Counted from the stretch's first letter, positions 9,039-18,478 are shown. The stretch is 44,962 nucleotides of DNA from a virus (IMGVR_UViG_3300022822_000003:1-44962); one strand, 5' to 3'. The notes: a model not told the origin generated them from the sequence alone. Program-made: numbers and translations.

Positions 9039-9983
9039 GTGGCAACATTTAGGAAGCGCGGAAAGAAATGGTACGCTGAGATCATGTTGAAAGGCAAGCG
9101 CAAAGGGCGGTCCTTCGACACTAAAGCTGCCGCTAAACAGTGGGCAGATGGCGAGACTGAATCACCCACGACATCTATATACACTCACGACATGGCAGAG
9201 AAGTACATCACCGAAGTAGTCGTGAAGCACAAAAGTGCAGAAGAAACTGGCCGGAAGATCCGCAGGCTTGTACTCATGTTGCCTGACGTTCTCGCCGAGG
9301 ACCTGACCCGTGAGATGATGACTCAGTGGAAGAAGAAAGCAGTAAGTTTGTGGGCACCGAGCACTGTTAATCTCAACAGAACGCTGCTTAGTGTGATGTT
9401 TAATCATGCGATCTTGGAGTGGGGGTACATGCGAAGCAATCCTTTCAAAGGTGTTAAGACGCCGAAGGGTGCTGATCGCGAGCGCATACCCACTGACGCT
9501 GAGAGTGCTGCGATCCTCGGCAACTTAGGGGGCGAGGGCCGGTATGGTTTCAACAGATCGCAGGTTGCCATCTCTTGGCAGCTGGCATTGCTGACCGCGA
9601 TGCGTAAGATCGAACTGCTGAGTATATGCCCTGAGAACACAGATCTTGTTAACCAAGTTGTGACTTTAACGGACACCAAGAATGGGGACACCAGGCAAGT
9701 ACCTCTATCGGCTGAAGCCGTGAGGCTGATCAGGCTGCTACCCGGTGAGGCTTTTTCGATTAAGTACAAAAGTCATAGCGCTATATTCTGCCAAGCACGA
9801 AAGAAAGCGGGGATCAAAGACCTTCATTTCCATGACTCGAGAGCGTATGCGATAGGGAAGCTGTCGAAGGTTCCCGGCATCGACGTTTTAACGCTGGCGC
9901 GAATCGTCGGGCACCGGGACATTCAAAGTCTTATGATCTACTACCGGGAACCCGCAGCAGATGTAGCGAAGCTACTGGGCTAG
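9039..9983 (+). CDS. int: Tyrosine recombinase (phage integrase)
   Basis: Catalytic motifs TAMR..E, TKNG..R.VPL, HFHDSR, VGH.D...L..Y. Likely GTG start at 9039 after AAGGAG (MATFRKRG). Confidence 0.95.
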   Translation: MATFRKRGKKWYAEIMLKGKRKGRSFDTKAAAKQWADGETESPTTSIYTHDMAEKYITEVVVKHKSAEETGRKIRRLVLMLPDVLAEDLTREMMTQWKKKAVSLWAPSTVNLNRTLLSVMFNHAILEWGYMRSNPFKGVKTPKGADRERIPTDAESAAILGNLGGEGRYGFNRSQVAISWQLALLTAMRKIELLSICPENTDLVNQVVTLTDTKNGDTRQVPLSAEAVRLIRLLPGEAFSIKYKSHSAIFCQARKKAGIKDLHFHDSRAYAIGKLSKVPGIDVLTLARIVGHRDIQSLMIYYREPAADVAKLLG

Positions 9984-10120
9984 TTTGTTTCGACCGCAGC
10001 ACAGAGGCTCCAATCCCCTAAGTTGCGGTGTTCGCCGAATGCTATGTGCCCGTTGGCATACATCACGGTTAGTACAAAAACGAGGAGCAAACCCGCACAA
10101 ACATTCTGCTTCATAATCAT
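9980..10120 (-). CDS. Small putative membrane protein (46 aa, MIMKQNVCAGLLLVFVLTVMYA...)
   Basis: Read manually; hydrophobic N-terminal segment; fills the gap and converges on int. Confidence 0.4.
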   Translation of the reverse strand: MIMKQNVCAGLLLVFVLTVMYANGHIAFGEHRNLGDWSLCAAVETN

Positions 10121-10126
10121 TCATCC

Positions 10127-10417
10127 TTAATTAAGTTTAAAACGATAGCCGAACATTAGAGAGTCAAGATTCGATTCGGCACGATTGTCGAAGGGGCGAC
10201 CCACATCATATTGAGAGTAGTGAGTTATCTGTGCAAACCAGCCTGCATCAAATTCGTAGCGTAGCGCGAAGTACGCACCCACACCGCCTTGGTCTTCCCA
10301 CTCATGGCTATTTTTAAGCAACGAGCCGTTCTTGCCAGCGCCTATTTCAAGGTAGGTGTCGCCAGCTGTTGCTGACGCAGTAAATAAAAGCATTGTTATT
10401 AGTAGTATCCGTTTCAT
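10127..10417 (-). CDS. Secreted or outer-membrane beta-strand protein (96 aa) with an HxS motif
   Basis: Signal peptide ending ASATA, alternating beta-strand pattern, C-terminal GYRF, AAGGAG RBS. Confidence 0.8.
   Translation of the reverse strand: MKRILLITMLLFTASATAGDTYLEIGAGKNGSLLKNSHEWEDQGGVGAYFALRYEFDAGWFAQITHYSQYDVGRPFDNRAESNLDSLMFGYRFKLN
10288..10402. repeat. 115-bp exact direct repeat, copy 1 (copy 2 at 11032-11146)
   Basis: Identical sequence cttggtcttccc...gttattag. Confidence 0.95.
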
Positions 10418-10463
10418 GATCTTCTCCTTTGGTTTGATGTTATCTATGCAGTGACATAAGTCA

Positions 10464-10910
10464 TTATCTTTGCAATTCCCACCACTCAGAAAACCCTTGC
10501 TCTGTATTCGTCCCCGGTTGGTTATGCCACCACACGTAAAAAGATGTTGCTAGTTCCATCGCATCTTGCTTATCTATATTTCTGAGTACCCCTTCTTTTT
10601 CTGGTTGCTTGTATTCGTCAGCTATGTCGTTATTCATATCCCAATAGAATATTTCCCAGTACCCACTTAACGAATAACCCATTTTACGATAAAGTTCTCG
10701 ATAGCTTTCTGTATTCTTATCACCTCCATTTGCGTGAAACCCAGCACAAATGTTATTCAAAGAGCAATTATCCGTAAGTCGTCGAATAAACGAATCTTCT
10801 TTCCATCTAATTGTTCCATGCTTATCCCGAATAATTTCATGCTGATGATGATCTTCTGTCTTCATCATGTCAGCATAGTCTTTCGGTAATTCCGTTCTAT
10901 TTAATCGCAT
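10464..10910 (-). CDS. Hypothetical protein (AT-rich accessory gene)
   Basis: ORF with a CAGGAG RBS before ATG 10910 (MRLNRTEL). Confidence 0.75.
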   Translation of the reverse strand: MRLNRTELPKDYADMMKTEDHHQHEIIRDKHGTIRWKEDSFIRRLTDNCSLNNICAGFHANGGDKNTESYRELYRKMGYSLSGYWEIFYWDMNNDIADEYKQPEKEGVLRNIDKQDAMELATSFYVWWHNQPGTNTEQGFSEWWELQR

Positions 10911-11164
10911 TCGTTTTTTACTCCTGTTTGTGTTGTTAACTTTTGCCACCAACTAAGGCCTTTCTTTTTGATCAACCTATATCCTTTGTCTTGACAGCTC
11001 CAGCAGGGCTGCATTAACCCCGTGCTTCCATCTTGGTCTTCCCACTCATGGCTATTTTTAAGCAACGAGCCGTTCTTGCCAGCGCCTATTTCAAGGTAGG
11101 TGTCGCCAGCTGTTGCTGACGCAGTAAATAAAAGCATTGTTATTAGCAATGCCAGCTTAATCAT
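10901..11164 (-). CDS. Chimeric ORF: signal-peptide N-terminus duplicated from 10127-10417, fused to an unrelated CxxC tail (possible pseudogene)
   Basis: Shares the 115-bp repeat, then diverges into PCWSCQDKG. Confidence 0.6.
   Translation of the reverse strand: MIKLALLITMLLFTASATAGDTYLEIGAGKNGSLLKNSHEWEDQDGSTGLMQPCWSCQDKGYRLIKKKGLSWWQKLTTQTGVKNECD
11032..11146. repeat. 115-bp exact direct repeat, copy 2
   Basis: Identical to 10288-10402. Confidence 0.95.
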
Positions 11165-11166
11165 TA

Positions 11167-11418
11167 TTATTCTCCTATTGGTTGCTTTAAAATTTCAGCG
11201 GTTATCTCTTCACCCTCTTCATCCATAATGTCATCGCGACTTGATCTGTTTACACTCATACGATATTCGGCACGTTTTTCGCATACTCTTACGCACCTTT
11301 CACGCTCTGTTAAAGTTGATTCCATAGCCGCCTGTTTTAGTGCCTGCATCAAACTTATGCTATCCGGCATTCCAACATCATTCATTAATTCTTTACATCT
11401 AGTATCAGTAATCATCAT
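11167..11418 (-). CDS. Hypothetical phage protein
   Basis: ORF with an AGGAG RBS and an ERERC...C motif common in small phage proteins. Confidence 0.75.
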   Translation of the reverse strand: MMITDTRCKELMNDVGMPDSISLMQALKQAAMESTLTERERCVRVCEKRAEYRMSVNRSSRDDIMDEEGEEITAEILKQPIGE

Positions 11419-11434
11419 CTATCTCCTATTGGGG

Positions 11435-11656
11435 TTATTGGTCAATACAATGGATTGCATCCCATACGTCGTGGATGCTTTTCATATTAATGACACTTTC
11501 TAAAAATAAAGGTGCGCTTATTGTCTGAGTGTGTTTATAACCAATAGACTTTAGGTTATCTAGTACGTTTTCAGCATCAGTTTGACCGCAAACAACAACC
11601 CCTTCTGTTTTATGCCGAAAAACATAAACCATTGCTTCTCTTTCTTTACTCATCAT
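11435..11656 (-). CDS. Hypothetical protein
   Basis: ORF with an AGGAG RBS; same 20-nt start context as the downstream gene. Confidence 0.75.
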   Translation of the reverse strand: MMSKEREAMVYVFRHKTEGVVVCGQTDAENVLDNLKSIGYKHTQTISAPLFLESVINMKSIHDVWDAIHCIDQ

Positions 11657-11874
11657 CTATCTCCTATTGTTTATCAGTGTCAACACAGCCTATGGTTAGA
11701 AAACGAGGGGTCAAAAAATGACCCCTGTCCCTACCTGTAGAATTACCGCTATATAAAAAATAGACAATAAGGCCTCAAAAATTACAGGATTTCGCTTATT
11801 TCATGAGCCAATATCAGCTCGGGATCTCGCCCAGCTCGATGCTTCAACGCGGCTAGTAAAGGAACCGCGTGAAT

Positions 11875-12132
11875 TCAAATGCTTTCAAATCCGTTGAGCG
11901 CTGGGGTGCGAGCATATCGGGGTGTGAACCCCAGGTTGTACTGCTCACACGCCTCAACTTGCGCAACGACTTGGTCTAGGTCTACTTCATATCCACAGTC
12001 TTCAGTCGCATCGCTGCAGCACTTGCCATACTTAGTACAGATCGGTTGAGTGGTCCTGCGGGAGACTAAGATGCTCTCGCGATAGATGCAATCCGTGCAG
12101 ATGACGGGTGCCTTCTTGTGTACATACCCCAT
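11875..12132 (-). CDS. Cys-rich hypothetical protein
   Basis: CxxC...C....CC pattern; start overlaps the upstream stop. Confidence 0.65.
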   Translation of the reverse strand: MGYVHKKAPVICTDCIYRESILVSRRTTQPICTKYGKCCSDATEDCGYEVDLDQVVAQVEACEQYNLGFTPRYARTPALNGFESI

Positions 12133-12311
12133 CAGACTCTGCTCGATGTGCTGTTGAGCCAGCCGATCAGTTCATGCTCATGCCACAAATACTCGCGTGC
12201 GGGCTTCAACGCTTTAGGGAAGCCACGACGGGTTCGCAAACGCTCAACGACGTGGCGGGGGGTAACCCTCAACAGCACTGATGCTTCTTTTGCATTTAAT
12301 AATTTGCTCAC
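12132..12311 (-). CDS. xis: Excisionase / AlpA-like winged-helix protein (59 aa), not in the ORF track
   Basis: Manual translation from GTG: MSKLLNAKEASVLLRVTPRHVVERLRTRRGFPKALKPAREYLWHEHELIGWL..., with the L..KEA..LL.V...FPK....W...E...W pattern. Confidence 0.75.
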   Translation of the reverse strand: MSKLLNAKEASVLLRVTPRHVVERLRTRRGFPKALKPAREYLWHEHELIGWLNSTSSRV

Positions 12312-12667
12312 AGGAAGAGCCCCCTTGGGTTGGATCGAATGACTGCGGCTATCTCAGCAAAAGTCATTCCTTGTGAGTCGTTGAGCGTTACGAGGGACAC
12401 GCCTGCTTCCCCCTCAAAAGCTCCAGCTCCATCCTGGAGGCCCAACCACAGGAGCACAGCTTCCTGACGGTGCAAGCTCGACCCTACTAGCCGGTTAGCG
12501 CCGGTATATTTCTCTCTTTCGACCGCGATGCCATTTTGTTCTGCGACTAAGCAGGCCACCCCCAGGCAGCAGTACCCCTTCCCCCCCTGCAGCATCGCCT
12601 TGGTTTGCGCGTACTCCCTCGACTCTAGCGCCAGGCACCATGCCTCTCTTGCTTCTTCTGTGTTCAT
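12308..12667 (-). CDS. Hypothetical phage protein (W..AL.S..Y.Q / YCCLGV / LND...F.EIA motifs)
   Basis: ORF coupled to its neighbours; recurring phage motif of unknown function. Confidence 0.8.
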   Translation of the reverse strand: MNTEEAREAWCLALESREYAQTKAMLQGGKGYCCLGVACLVAEQNGIAVEREKYTGANRLVGSSLHRQEAVLLWLGLQDGAGAFEGEAGVSLVTLNDSQGMTFAEIAAVIRSNPRGLFL

Positions 12668-14028
12668 ACTCCTTGCTCCTGTTGCTTTAGCTTGATGAAA
12701 TTCTTCACTGCTTCTTGGGTGGTTGTGCGATTAGCGAGTCGGTCGAGCACTAGCGTATCGATGGTTTCCCGCGCCAAGATGCGGTGGATCATGACGGGCA
12801 CTTTTTGCCCTTGTCGGTCCAGTCGTGCGTTGAACTGAAGGTACAGCTCGAGGGACCAGTTGAGCCCGAACCAGACTGCGATGTGCCCCCCGTCTTGAAG
12901 ATTGAGCCCGTGGCCCGCGCTGGCAGGATGACAGGCCAGCATTTCGATCTCGCCACGGTTCCAAGCTGCGATGATGTCTGTGTCGTCTCCATCATCGAGA
13001 GTCACGATGCTTTTGTACTTGGCTTTGAGCCTGGCGAGGTCGTGCTGGTAGGTGTACGCTAATAGAATTGGTTTGCCCTGCGCTTCTTCAATGATGCTGT
13101 CGAGTGCCTTGATCTTCTCGTCGTGTACCGTCTCCCAGTTTTTCTCGTCATCAGTGTAGATAGCGCCATTACAAAGCTGCATGCACTTGCCCGCAACGAC
13201 GGCATGGTTCGCGGCTTCAACACTGCCTGATGTTAGGGTGATGAGCATCTCGCGTTCCATCTGTTCGTACATGTGGCGGGCGGCGAACGGCAGGTCGACA
13301 TACACGTCATTGAAGGTGCAGGGGGGTAGGTCGAGATAGTCAGCTGCCTTCATACTGACGCACACGTCAGCAATCAGCTCGAGGATCTTGTCCTGCGCAC
13401 CGAGGCGCGGAACCCACACCCGCTGGAAGTAATCTGTACTCTCGAAGTATTGAGAGCGAAACCGGGTGACGGCCTTGCCCAAGCGCTGCCCCATGTCGAG
13501 CAAGAATACTTGCGCCCAGAGATTAAGCAGATGAGTGGGGGCAGGGGTGCCCGTCAACTCAATGACTTGGCGAATGAAGGGTCTCACTTTGCGCAATGAC
13601 TTGAAGCGGGTGGTTGACCAGTTTTTAAACTGTGATGACTCATCGATAATGACGGTGTCGAAGGGCCACGCGGATGATTTTGGCAGCTGGTCAACCAACC
13701 ACTTCAGGTTGTCGACGTTAATGATGTAGACATCGGCGTCCACCTTCAGTGCTTTGATGCGCTCGGCTTTTGTGCCGAGCACCAACGAATAGTTTATGTT
13801 CAAGTGATCCCACTTGGCGATCTCATCGGGCCAGACATTTCGGGCAACGCGCAGTGGTGCGATGAGCAATGTGTTGTTCGCTATCCCTTTCTCGATCAGC
13901 GTCTGCAACCCGGTCAGCGTAGTGACCGTCTTGCCGAGGCCCATCTCCATCGCGAGCATGACAGACTCACCAGACTCGATGCGCTCGATGCCGTGCTCTT
14001 GGTATTTGTGGGGTACGAATGTGGTCAT
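12664..14028 (-). CDS. SNF2-family (SF2) helicase
   Basis: MGLGKT, IIDESS, LTGTP, HPASAGHGLNLQ, Q..ARL.RQGQ. Confidence 0.95.
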   Translation of the reverse strand: MTTFVPHKYQEHGIERIESGESVMLAMEMGLGKTVTTLTGLQTLIEKGIANNTLLIAPLRVARNVWPDEIAKWDHLNINYSLVLGTKAERIKALKVDADVYIINVDNLKWLVDQLPKSSAWPFDTVIIDESSQFKNWSTTRFKSLRKVRPFIRQVIELTGTPAPTHLLNLWAQVFLLDMGQRLGKAVTRFRSQYFESTDYFQRVWVPRLGAQDKILELIADVCVSMKAADYLDLPPCTFNDVYVDLPFAARHMYEQMEREMLITLTSGSVEAANHAVVAGKCMQLCNGAIYTDDEKNWETVHDEKIKALDSIIEEAQGKPILLAYTYQHDLARLKAKYKSIVTLDDGDDTDIIAAWNRGEIEMLACHPASAGHGLNLQDGGHIAVWFGLNWSLELYLQFNARLDRQGQKVPVMIHRILARETIDTLVLDRLANRTTTQEAVKNFIKLKQQEQGV

Positions 14029-14237
14029 TAGATTGACGTCTCTTCAAAGTCAGGCGCATCAGAGGCTGCAAGCTCAACATCTTCCCAGCGCCAATACATT
14101 TTTTCCTGGTCGCTGTCCCAGCACTCAACCTGCTGTAGCTTGCACATCAGTGAGAGGGCACCTTTTGTGTGAACTACAATGAAGGGTGCGTTCTCTTCTT
14201 TAGGTGCTGTTATTACTTTCAGTCTTAATGTTGTCAT
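14028..14237 (-). CDS. Hypothetical protein
   Basis: AAGGAG RBS; directly downstream of a promoter motif. Confidence 0.7.
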   Translation of the reverse strand: MTTLRLKVITAPKEENAPFIVVHTKGALSLMCKLQQVECWDSDQEKMYWRWEDVELAASDAPDFEETSI

Positions 14238-14262
14238 TTCTTATCTCCTTTTAATTAAGCAT

Positions 14263-14293
14263 CTATTATGCATATGTGCATATCTTATGCAAG
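14263..14293 (-). promoter_or_regulatory. Leftward sigma70-like promoter/operator (31-bp motif, copy 1)
   Basis: Minus strand TTGCAT-N16-CATAAT with an internal GCATAW-N-TTATGC palindrome; repeated at 19169, 20144 and 20614. Confidence 0.75.
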
Positions 14294-14563
14294 TCTTGCA
14301 TCAACAAACTTGTCGACTGCGCCTTTGCTGTCGAGCCAGCCAGCAGTTGCACCGCAAGCGCGAAGCGCTTTTATGCGTCTCTCTTGCATAGGATTGGGCG
14401 TTTTGCCCGGTGCTTTGAGCTCGACGAAGACAACCTCGCCGCCGGGGAACACGCAGATGCGGTCGGGTACACCCGCTGTGCTGGGGGATGTAAGCTTCCA
14501 GCAGAGGCCACCCGCCGCGGTCATTCTTTTCTTCAGATGGTTTTCAATCAATCGCTCGCTCAT
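14285..14563 (-). CDS. VRR-NUC domain nuclease
   Basis: MSER.IE, GVPDRI, FVELKAPG...Q; start at 14563 overlaps the polA stop. Confidence 0.92.
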   Translation of the reverse strand: MSERLIENHLKKRMTAAGGLCWKLTSPSTAGVPDRICVFPGGEVVFVELKAPGKTPNPMQERRIKALRACGATAGWLDSKGAVDKFVDARLA

Positions 14564-16515
14564 TTTCTGTACCTTGGTGCTTTGAATCCTTCGGCGACTA
14601 GCGGTAGGTCTACGCACCAAGTCGGTTTATTTTCCATGCAGTGGTTTAAGTCTTCGACGCGAAACTCGCCTTGCTTTTCATGACAGATGATTTCATCGTG
14701 GACCGTGCCCACGGGATGCATACCGATGGACTCAGCCGAGTGAACGCCGTGCCACAGCACGTCCCTCGCAACAGCTTGGGTGATGTTCTCAACCAGCTTG
14801 CCGCCATAGGTGTCTATCCACGTCCACTGCTTTGTGTAGCCATCGACCCCCATGAACTGGAGCCTGGAGGACTCGCGCCCCTCGACTACTTGCATCTCGC
14901 GATACCAGAGGATGCGCCCACTGGGGAGCTTGATGCCGAGTGAGTTGAGTTGTGAGCTGAAAGCAACCTGTAGACCCAGCAGTGTATAAACCGTGTTGGG
15001 TTTGCGACACGCAGCCTCACAGGCTTGTTGTATCAGCGCCCAGAATTTAACGATCTCTGAGTTGGCAGTGCGCCAGCCGTGTACTATCTTTAAAATAGTC
15101 GAGTCGGGAAGGTCGACACCATAGATGGCAGACATCTGCTTAAACGCGCCGAGCGCACCCTGGTAGCCAAGCGCAAGCTCCATGACCTTGCCGATGGTGC
15201 GCTGCTCTTCGTCGACATCAGCTACGGGCATGGTGAAAGCTCGAGCAAACGCGAGCTTGTACAGATCGGGTCCTGTGCCAGTATCGTAGGCGCGAAACGC
15301 TTCGAGCTTCCACTGTGCCCCCGCTAACCATGCGAGCACACGGCCCTCGATGTTGGCAAGGTCAGAGACGATGAGCTCACACCCTGGTGTCGCTGCGATC
15401 ATGGCGCGAATTAAGTTGGAGGCTGTGTGGTGTACGACGTTGTCGTGCAGCTTTTGCCCCCCTTTAAGCAGGGCGATAACCTCTTCGATAACCTCGGGTG
15501 TGAATTTCTTTTCAGTCCGTGGCAGGTTCTGGGGTTGGATTATGCGACCGGCTTCGCGGCCTGTGCGACCGGCACCATAGAACTCGAACGCACCGCGCAA
15601 CGCATTGTGGCTGTCAGACGCTGATATTATTTTAGATAGTTTCTTAACGCTGGACTTCGCCAGTGTCTTGCGGATCGTTAGCACTTCGAGTGCTTCAGCG
15701 GATGCATTGCCGAGGGCCAGCACAGCTGCGACGGTTGCGACCGTCATGTCGGGCATCTCGCAGCCATCTGCTTTGAGCCACTCAAGCATGCGAGCCACTT
15801 GATTGTGCCGCTGAACAGCGCCATCAGTTAAGTGGTCCAGCTTGTCTGTGAGGTTACGCTCTGCTGCAGCTATCTGATCAATGAAGATGGCTGCGAGCTC
15901 AGTGTCCATCGGCAGGCCGCGATCATTCATACGCAGGTTGGCGTACCAATTGTTCAGCTCGAGTTGCCAGTTTGAGTGGTCAAGTGTGTTGACTAGCTCA
16001 CGACAGGCGATGACATCTCGCCTGCAGTATTCAATAAAGTCGGCCCATTCGTTGGGCTTGTCATGTTGGGTGTACCTGCGGATATTGTGGTTTCTGGGTG
16101 CAGGCTTACAGAAAAGGCTGATCAGTCTGCGACCGTCGCTCTTAAGCTTGGCAAACTGGCTCGGCATGTTGATAGCCTGACACGCTTTGTCGAGAGACAT
16201 AGGTAGGCCATTGGTTAGCGCCAGTACCTGTGTGTCTTTCCATCTCTCGATTGGGAATTTATATTGAGGACAATGTTCAAGCATGATGAGTCTGTCGAAC
16301 GTGCCGACGTTGTGCCCAGTGATGGGCATGTCGGACATCAGCGCTGCGTGTAACCTGGGTGGCATGAGATCGCCGCTGGTGACATCCCAGACTTGGGCCT
16401 CGTCATCATCAAGCGCAAAGCCAACAAGCATGAGCTCGCTGGCTTTGGCGTAGAGGTAAGCCCCTACCTCGCTGAGATCACTATCCGAGTACGTCTCTAA
16501 GTCGAGGTAGAGCAT
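14560..16515 (-). CDS. polA: DNA polymerase, family A, with 3'-5' exonuclease
   Basis: DLET, HN..FD, DLANIEGR, R..GK..ELALGY, ENITQAVARD, VHDEI. Confidence 0.95.
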   Translation of the reverse strand: MLYLDLETYSDSDLSEVGAYLYAKASELMLVGFALDDDEAQVWDVTSGDLMPPRLHAALMSDMPITGHNVGTFDRLIMLEHCPQYKFPIERWKDTQVLALTNGLPMSLDKACQAINMPSQFAKLKSDGRRLISLFCKPAPRNHNIRRYTQHDKPNEWADFIEYCRRDVIACRELVNTLDHSNWQLELNNWYANLRMNDRGLPMDTELAAIFIDQIAAAERNLTDKLDHLTDGAVQRHNQVARMLEWLKADGCEMPDMTVATVAAVLALGNASAEALEVLTIRKTLAKSSVKKLSKIISASDSHNALRGAFEFYGAGRTGREAGRIIQPQNLPRTEKKFTPEVIEEVIALLKGGQKLHDNVVHHTASNLIRAMIAATPGCELIVSDLANIEGRVLAWLAGAQWKLEAFRAYDTGTGPDLYKLAFARAFTMPVADVDEEQRTIGKVMELALGYQGALGAFKQMSAIYGVDLPDSTILKIVHGWRTANSEIVKFWALIQQACEAACRKPNTVYTLLGLQVAFSSQLNSLGIKLPSGRILWYREMQVVEGRESSRLQFMGVDGYTKQWTWIDTYGGKLVENITQAVARDVLWHGVHSAESIGMHPVGTVHDEIICHEKQGEFRVEDLNHCMENKPTWCVDLPLVAEGFKAPRYRK

Positions 16516-16518
16516 GGG

Positions 16519-17163
16519 TTAGTGAAACAGAGCGTTAGCGACGGTACCCGTCTGCACCGGGGGCGTAGTGGCCAAAGGAGGCGTAGTTCCCTCGCGGGGT
16601 GCGGCCACTGGCTGAGATCCAGCAGGACCAAAAGTGTCTGCTGCGGTGGGCACGGGCGCTGCTTCTTCGAGCAAGTCGAAGTCGTTAGCCTGTGCTGGGC
16701 TAGACCCGCCAAAGGCTTCGCCATCCATCACAAACTGCACGCCCTTAAGCTCGGCGCATATGCGCTTGGGGTACTTCGGGTTGTTGAGCGCCCATACATC
16801 TAGTATCGCGTTGACGTAACAACCCGCATAGGGCTTGCCATCCTCCTCGGCCAAAGGTGCGCGGTCGCGGTCGATAACGGTGGGGCGCTTCTTGCTTGAC
16901 GCGTTGATGAACCAGCCACCCTCGTCGAACCCTTCTAGGTGTGACTTGTCCGTATTTGGACGCATGCAAAGGGGTAGGGTGGAGGGCAGGGCCTTGGGCC
17001 ATTTCTCCATCGCAGCTTTTTGAATCGCTTCTTGCACTTCAGCAATCTGCGGGTGGCCTGGCTCCAGAATAAACATGCCGCCAAACTTAGGCTCTTGCCC
17101 TGCTTCAAACGTAGTTGCACGAAAAAGATCGGGGAATGAAAGTCTTACATTTTTTAATAACAT
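16519..17163 (-). CDS. ssDNA-binding protein (DUF2815 / T7 gp2.5-like)
   Basis: NVRLSFP.LF, YAGCYVNA, L.GVQF..DGE.FGG; conserved position between the exonuclease and polA. Confidence 0.88.
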   Translation of the reverse strand: MLLKNVRLSFPDLFRATTFEAGQEPKFGGMFILEPGHPQIAEVQEAIQKAAMEKWPKALPSTLPLCMRPNTDKSHLEGFDEGGWFINASSKKRPTVIDRDRAPLAEEDGKPYAGCYVNAILDVWALNNPKYPKRICAELKGVQFVMDGEAFGGSSPAQANDFDLLEEAAPVPTAADTFGPAGSQPVAAPREGTTPPLATTPPVQTGTVANALFH

Positions 17164-18398
17164 TAAATAACTCCTGTTGCACTGGTAATGTCTGCGAATT
17201 GCTCCGCAGGGAAAATCGCTGGCCGCTTGTCAGAGGATTCTGCCAAGGTTGGTTTGCCAGCTGGCTTCGAGACTAGGTCTCTCAGTTTGTCGGTGAAGTT
17301 TTTCTTACCGAGTCGCTTCTCAAGCGCGGGGGCTGTGAGTAGTTTCTGCTCGGTAAAATCCGCCACCTTTAATTTGTACTTACGTTTGCGAAGCTCTAGG
17401 TTCATCTCGGCTTCGTCTAAGGACCAGCCGCGAGAGCTGCGACCTTCGACTAGCTTGTAGCCTTCGATGGCCAAGCCTTCTTCGAGTGCGCTGAACACCG
17501 CCCCCTCGATTGCTTTGGCCCAGCCCTTGACCAGATCGACGCGGTCCATCGCTATGGCGAGACGTTCCTCGTAGATGTGGGGGTCGGCCCCTCTACCTCC
17601 TGCTGCCAGCTCCCCCTCGATGATGGGGAACTCATGGGTAACCGTCTCTATTACAAAGCCATTAAGTTCAGGGCAGGTTGCCTTGGCTTTACACCAGCGG
17701 CACTGAGCAGTGCCGGGTATGCGAGGTGCGTCGGGCTGAAGTGCAAGCAGGGCTCCTTGCTCGATCTCACCGACCAAACCAATGAAGGTCTCTTGATCGT
17801 AGGTCACATCATCATAGTTGCCGATGCGTGGCTGACTGATGTGTAATGTAAAATGCGCGGGGATCTTGCTAAACTTTTTATAGATCGCACGACCTGCGCC
17901 CCACCCGTAGATCATCAGCTGTTTGTTCGCTTCGGCTTTGACTTTAATGCCCTTGCCAAACTTCAAGTCCATGATGTGTAGGTGATCTGATGCGACGTCA
18001 TACATCATGTAATCAGCGGTGCCATTACATTCGTCTACCGGAGTAAAAACTCGAGTCTCGATGGCTTCCCAGCGCTTAGTTGGCGTTGTTGCTGCGCGCA
18101 GCAAGTTGATCCCATCAATGTAGCTTTGGACGTGATCGCACATGTCTTCAGACACTGTGATCTCGTAGTCTTCATCTTCTTCTTCGACGACGATGACTTG
18201 ACCCTCACGTTCGTGGGGGATGCGGTCTTCTGTCAGCGCCCAGGCTGCGAGCTCATGGGCGGCTGTGCCCTCGGCTGCAAAAAAGCTACTGGTATCTGGC
18301 AGTCCCGCTTGCGCCTCGACGCTGCCGGGGCATCCGAGCCAAGTGGCCGCGCCCGAGGGTGACAACTTAGAATGTTGTGGTATGATTTGGTCGAGCAT
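17163..18398 (-). CDS. DUF2800 / Cas4-like PD-(D/E)xK exonuclease
   Basis: LSPS...W..CPGS, EGT.AH, GTAD, DLKFG.G, QL.IY, C.WC.....C. Confidence 0.9.
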   Translation of the reverse strand: MLDQIIPQHSKLSPSGAATWLGCPGSVEAQAGLPDTSSFFAAEGTAAHELAAWALTEDRIPHEREGQVIVVEEEDEDYEITVSEDMCDHVQSYIDGINLLRAATTPTKRWEAIETRVFTPVDECNGTADYMMYDVASDHLHIMDLKFGKGIKVKAEANKQLMIYGWGAGRAIYKKFSKIPAHFTLHISQPRIGNYDDVTYDQETFIGLVGEIEQGALLALQPDAPRIPGTAQCRWCKAKATCPELNGFVIETVTHEFPIIEGELAAGGRGADPHIYEERLAIAMDRVDLVKGWAKAIEGAVFSALEEGLAIEGYKLVEGRSSRGWSLDEAEMNLELRKRKYKLKVADFTEQKLLTAPALEKRLGKKNFTDKLRDLVSKPAGKPTLAESSDKRPAIFPAEQFADITSATGVI

Positions 18399-18436
18399 TT
18401 CTGAATCTCCTGTTGCAAGTTTTGAAAGTAGTGTTC

Positions 18437-18471
18437 GCGACCCGGTGGCATGTGGTGATGCGCCGGGTCAC
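18437..18471 (-). other. RNA stem-loop with CACCAC loop (copy 1)
   Basis: GUGACCCGG-C-GCAU-[CACCAC]-AUGC-CA-CCGGGUCGC, upstream of the exonuclease RBS. Confidence 0.65.
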
Positions 18472-18478
18472 CTTGTTT

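Noticed and set aside
10288-11146. 115-bp repeat pair as the TR/VR of a diversity-generating retroelement (BPP-1-like phage)
   Set aside because: The copies are identical with no adenine-specific mismatches, they cover a signal peptide rather than a C-terminal variable region, and no reverse transcriptase is visible in the genome.
17163-18398. Cas4 as part of a CRISPR system
   Set aside because: There is no array and no other cas gene; it sits in the usual exonuclease-SSB-PolA replication context.
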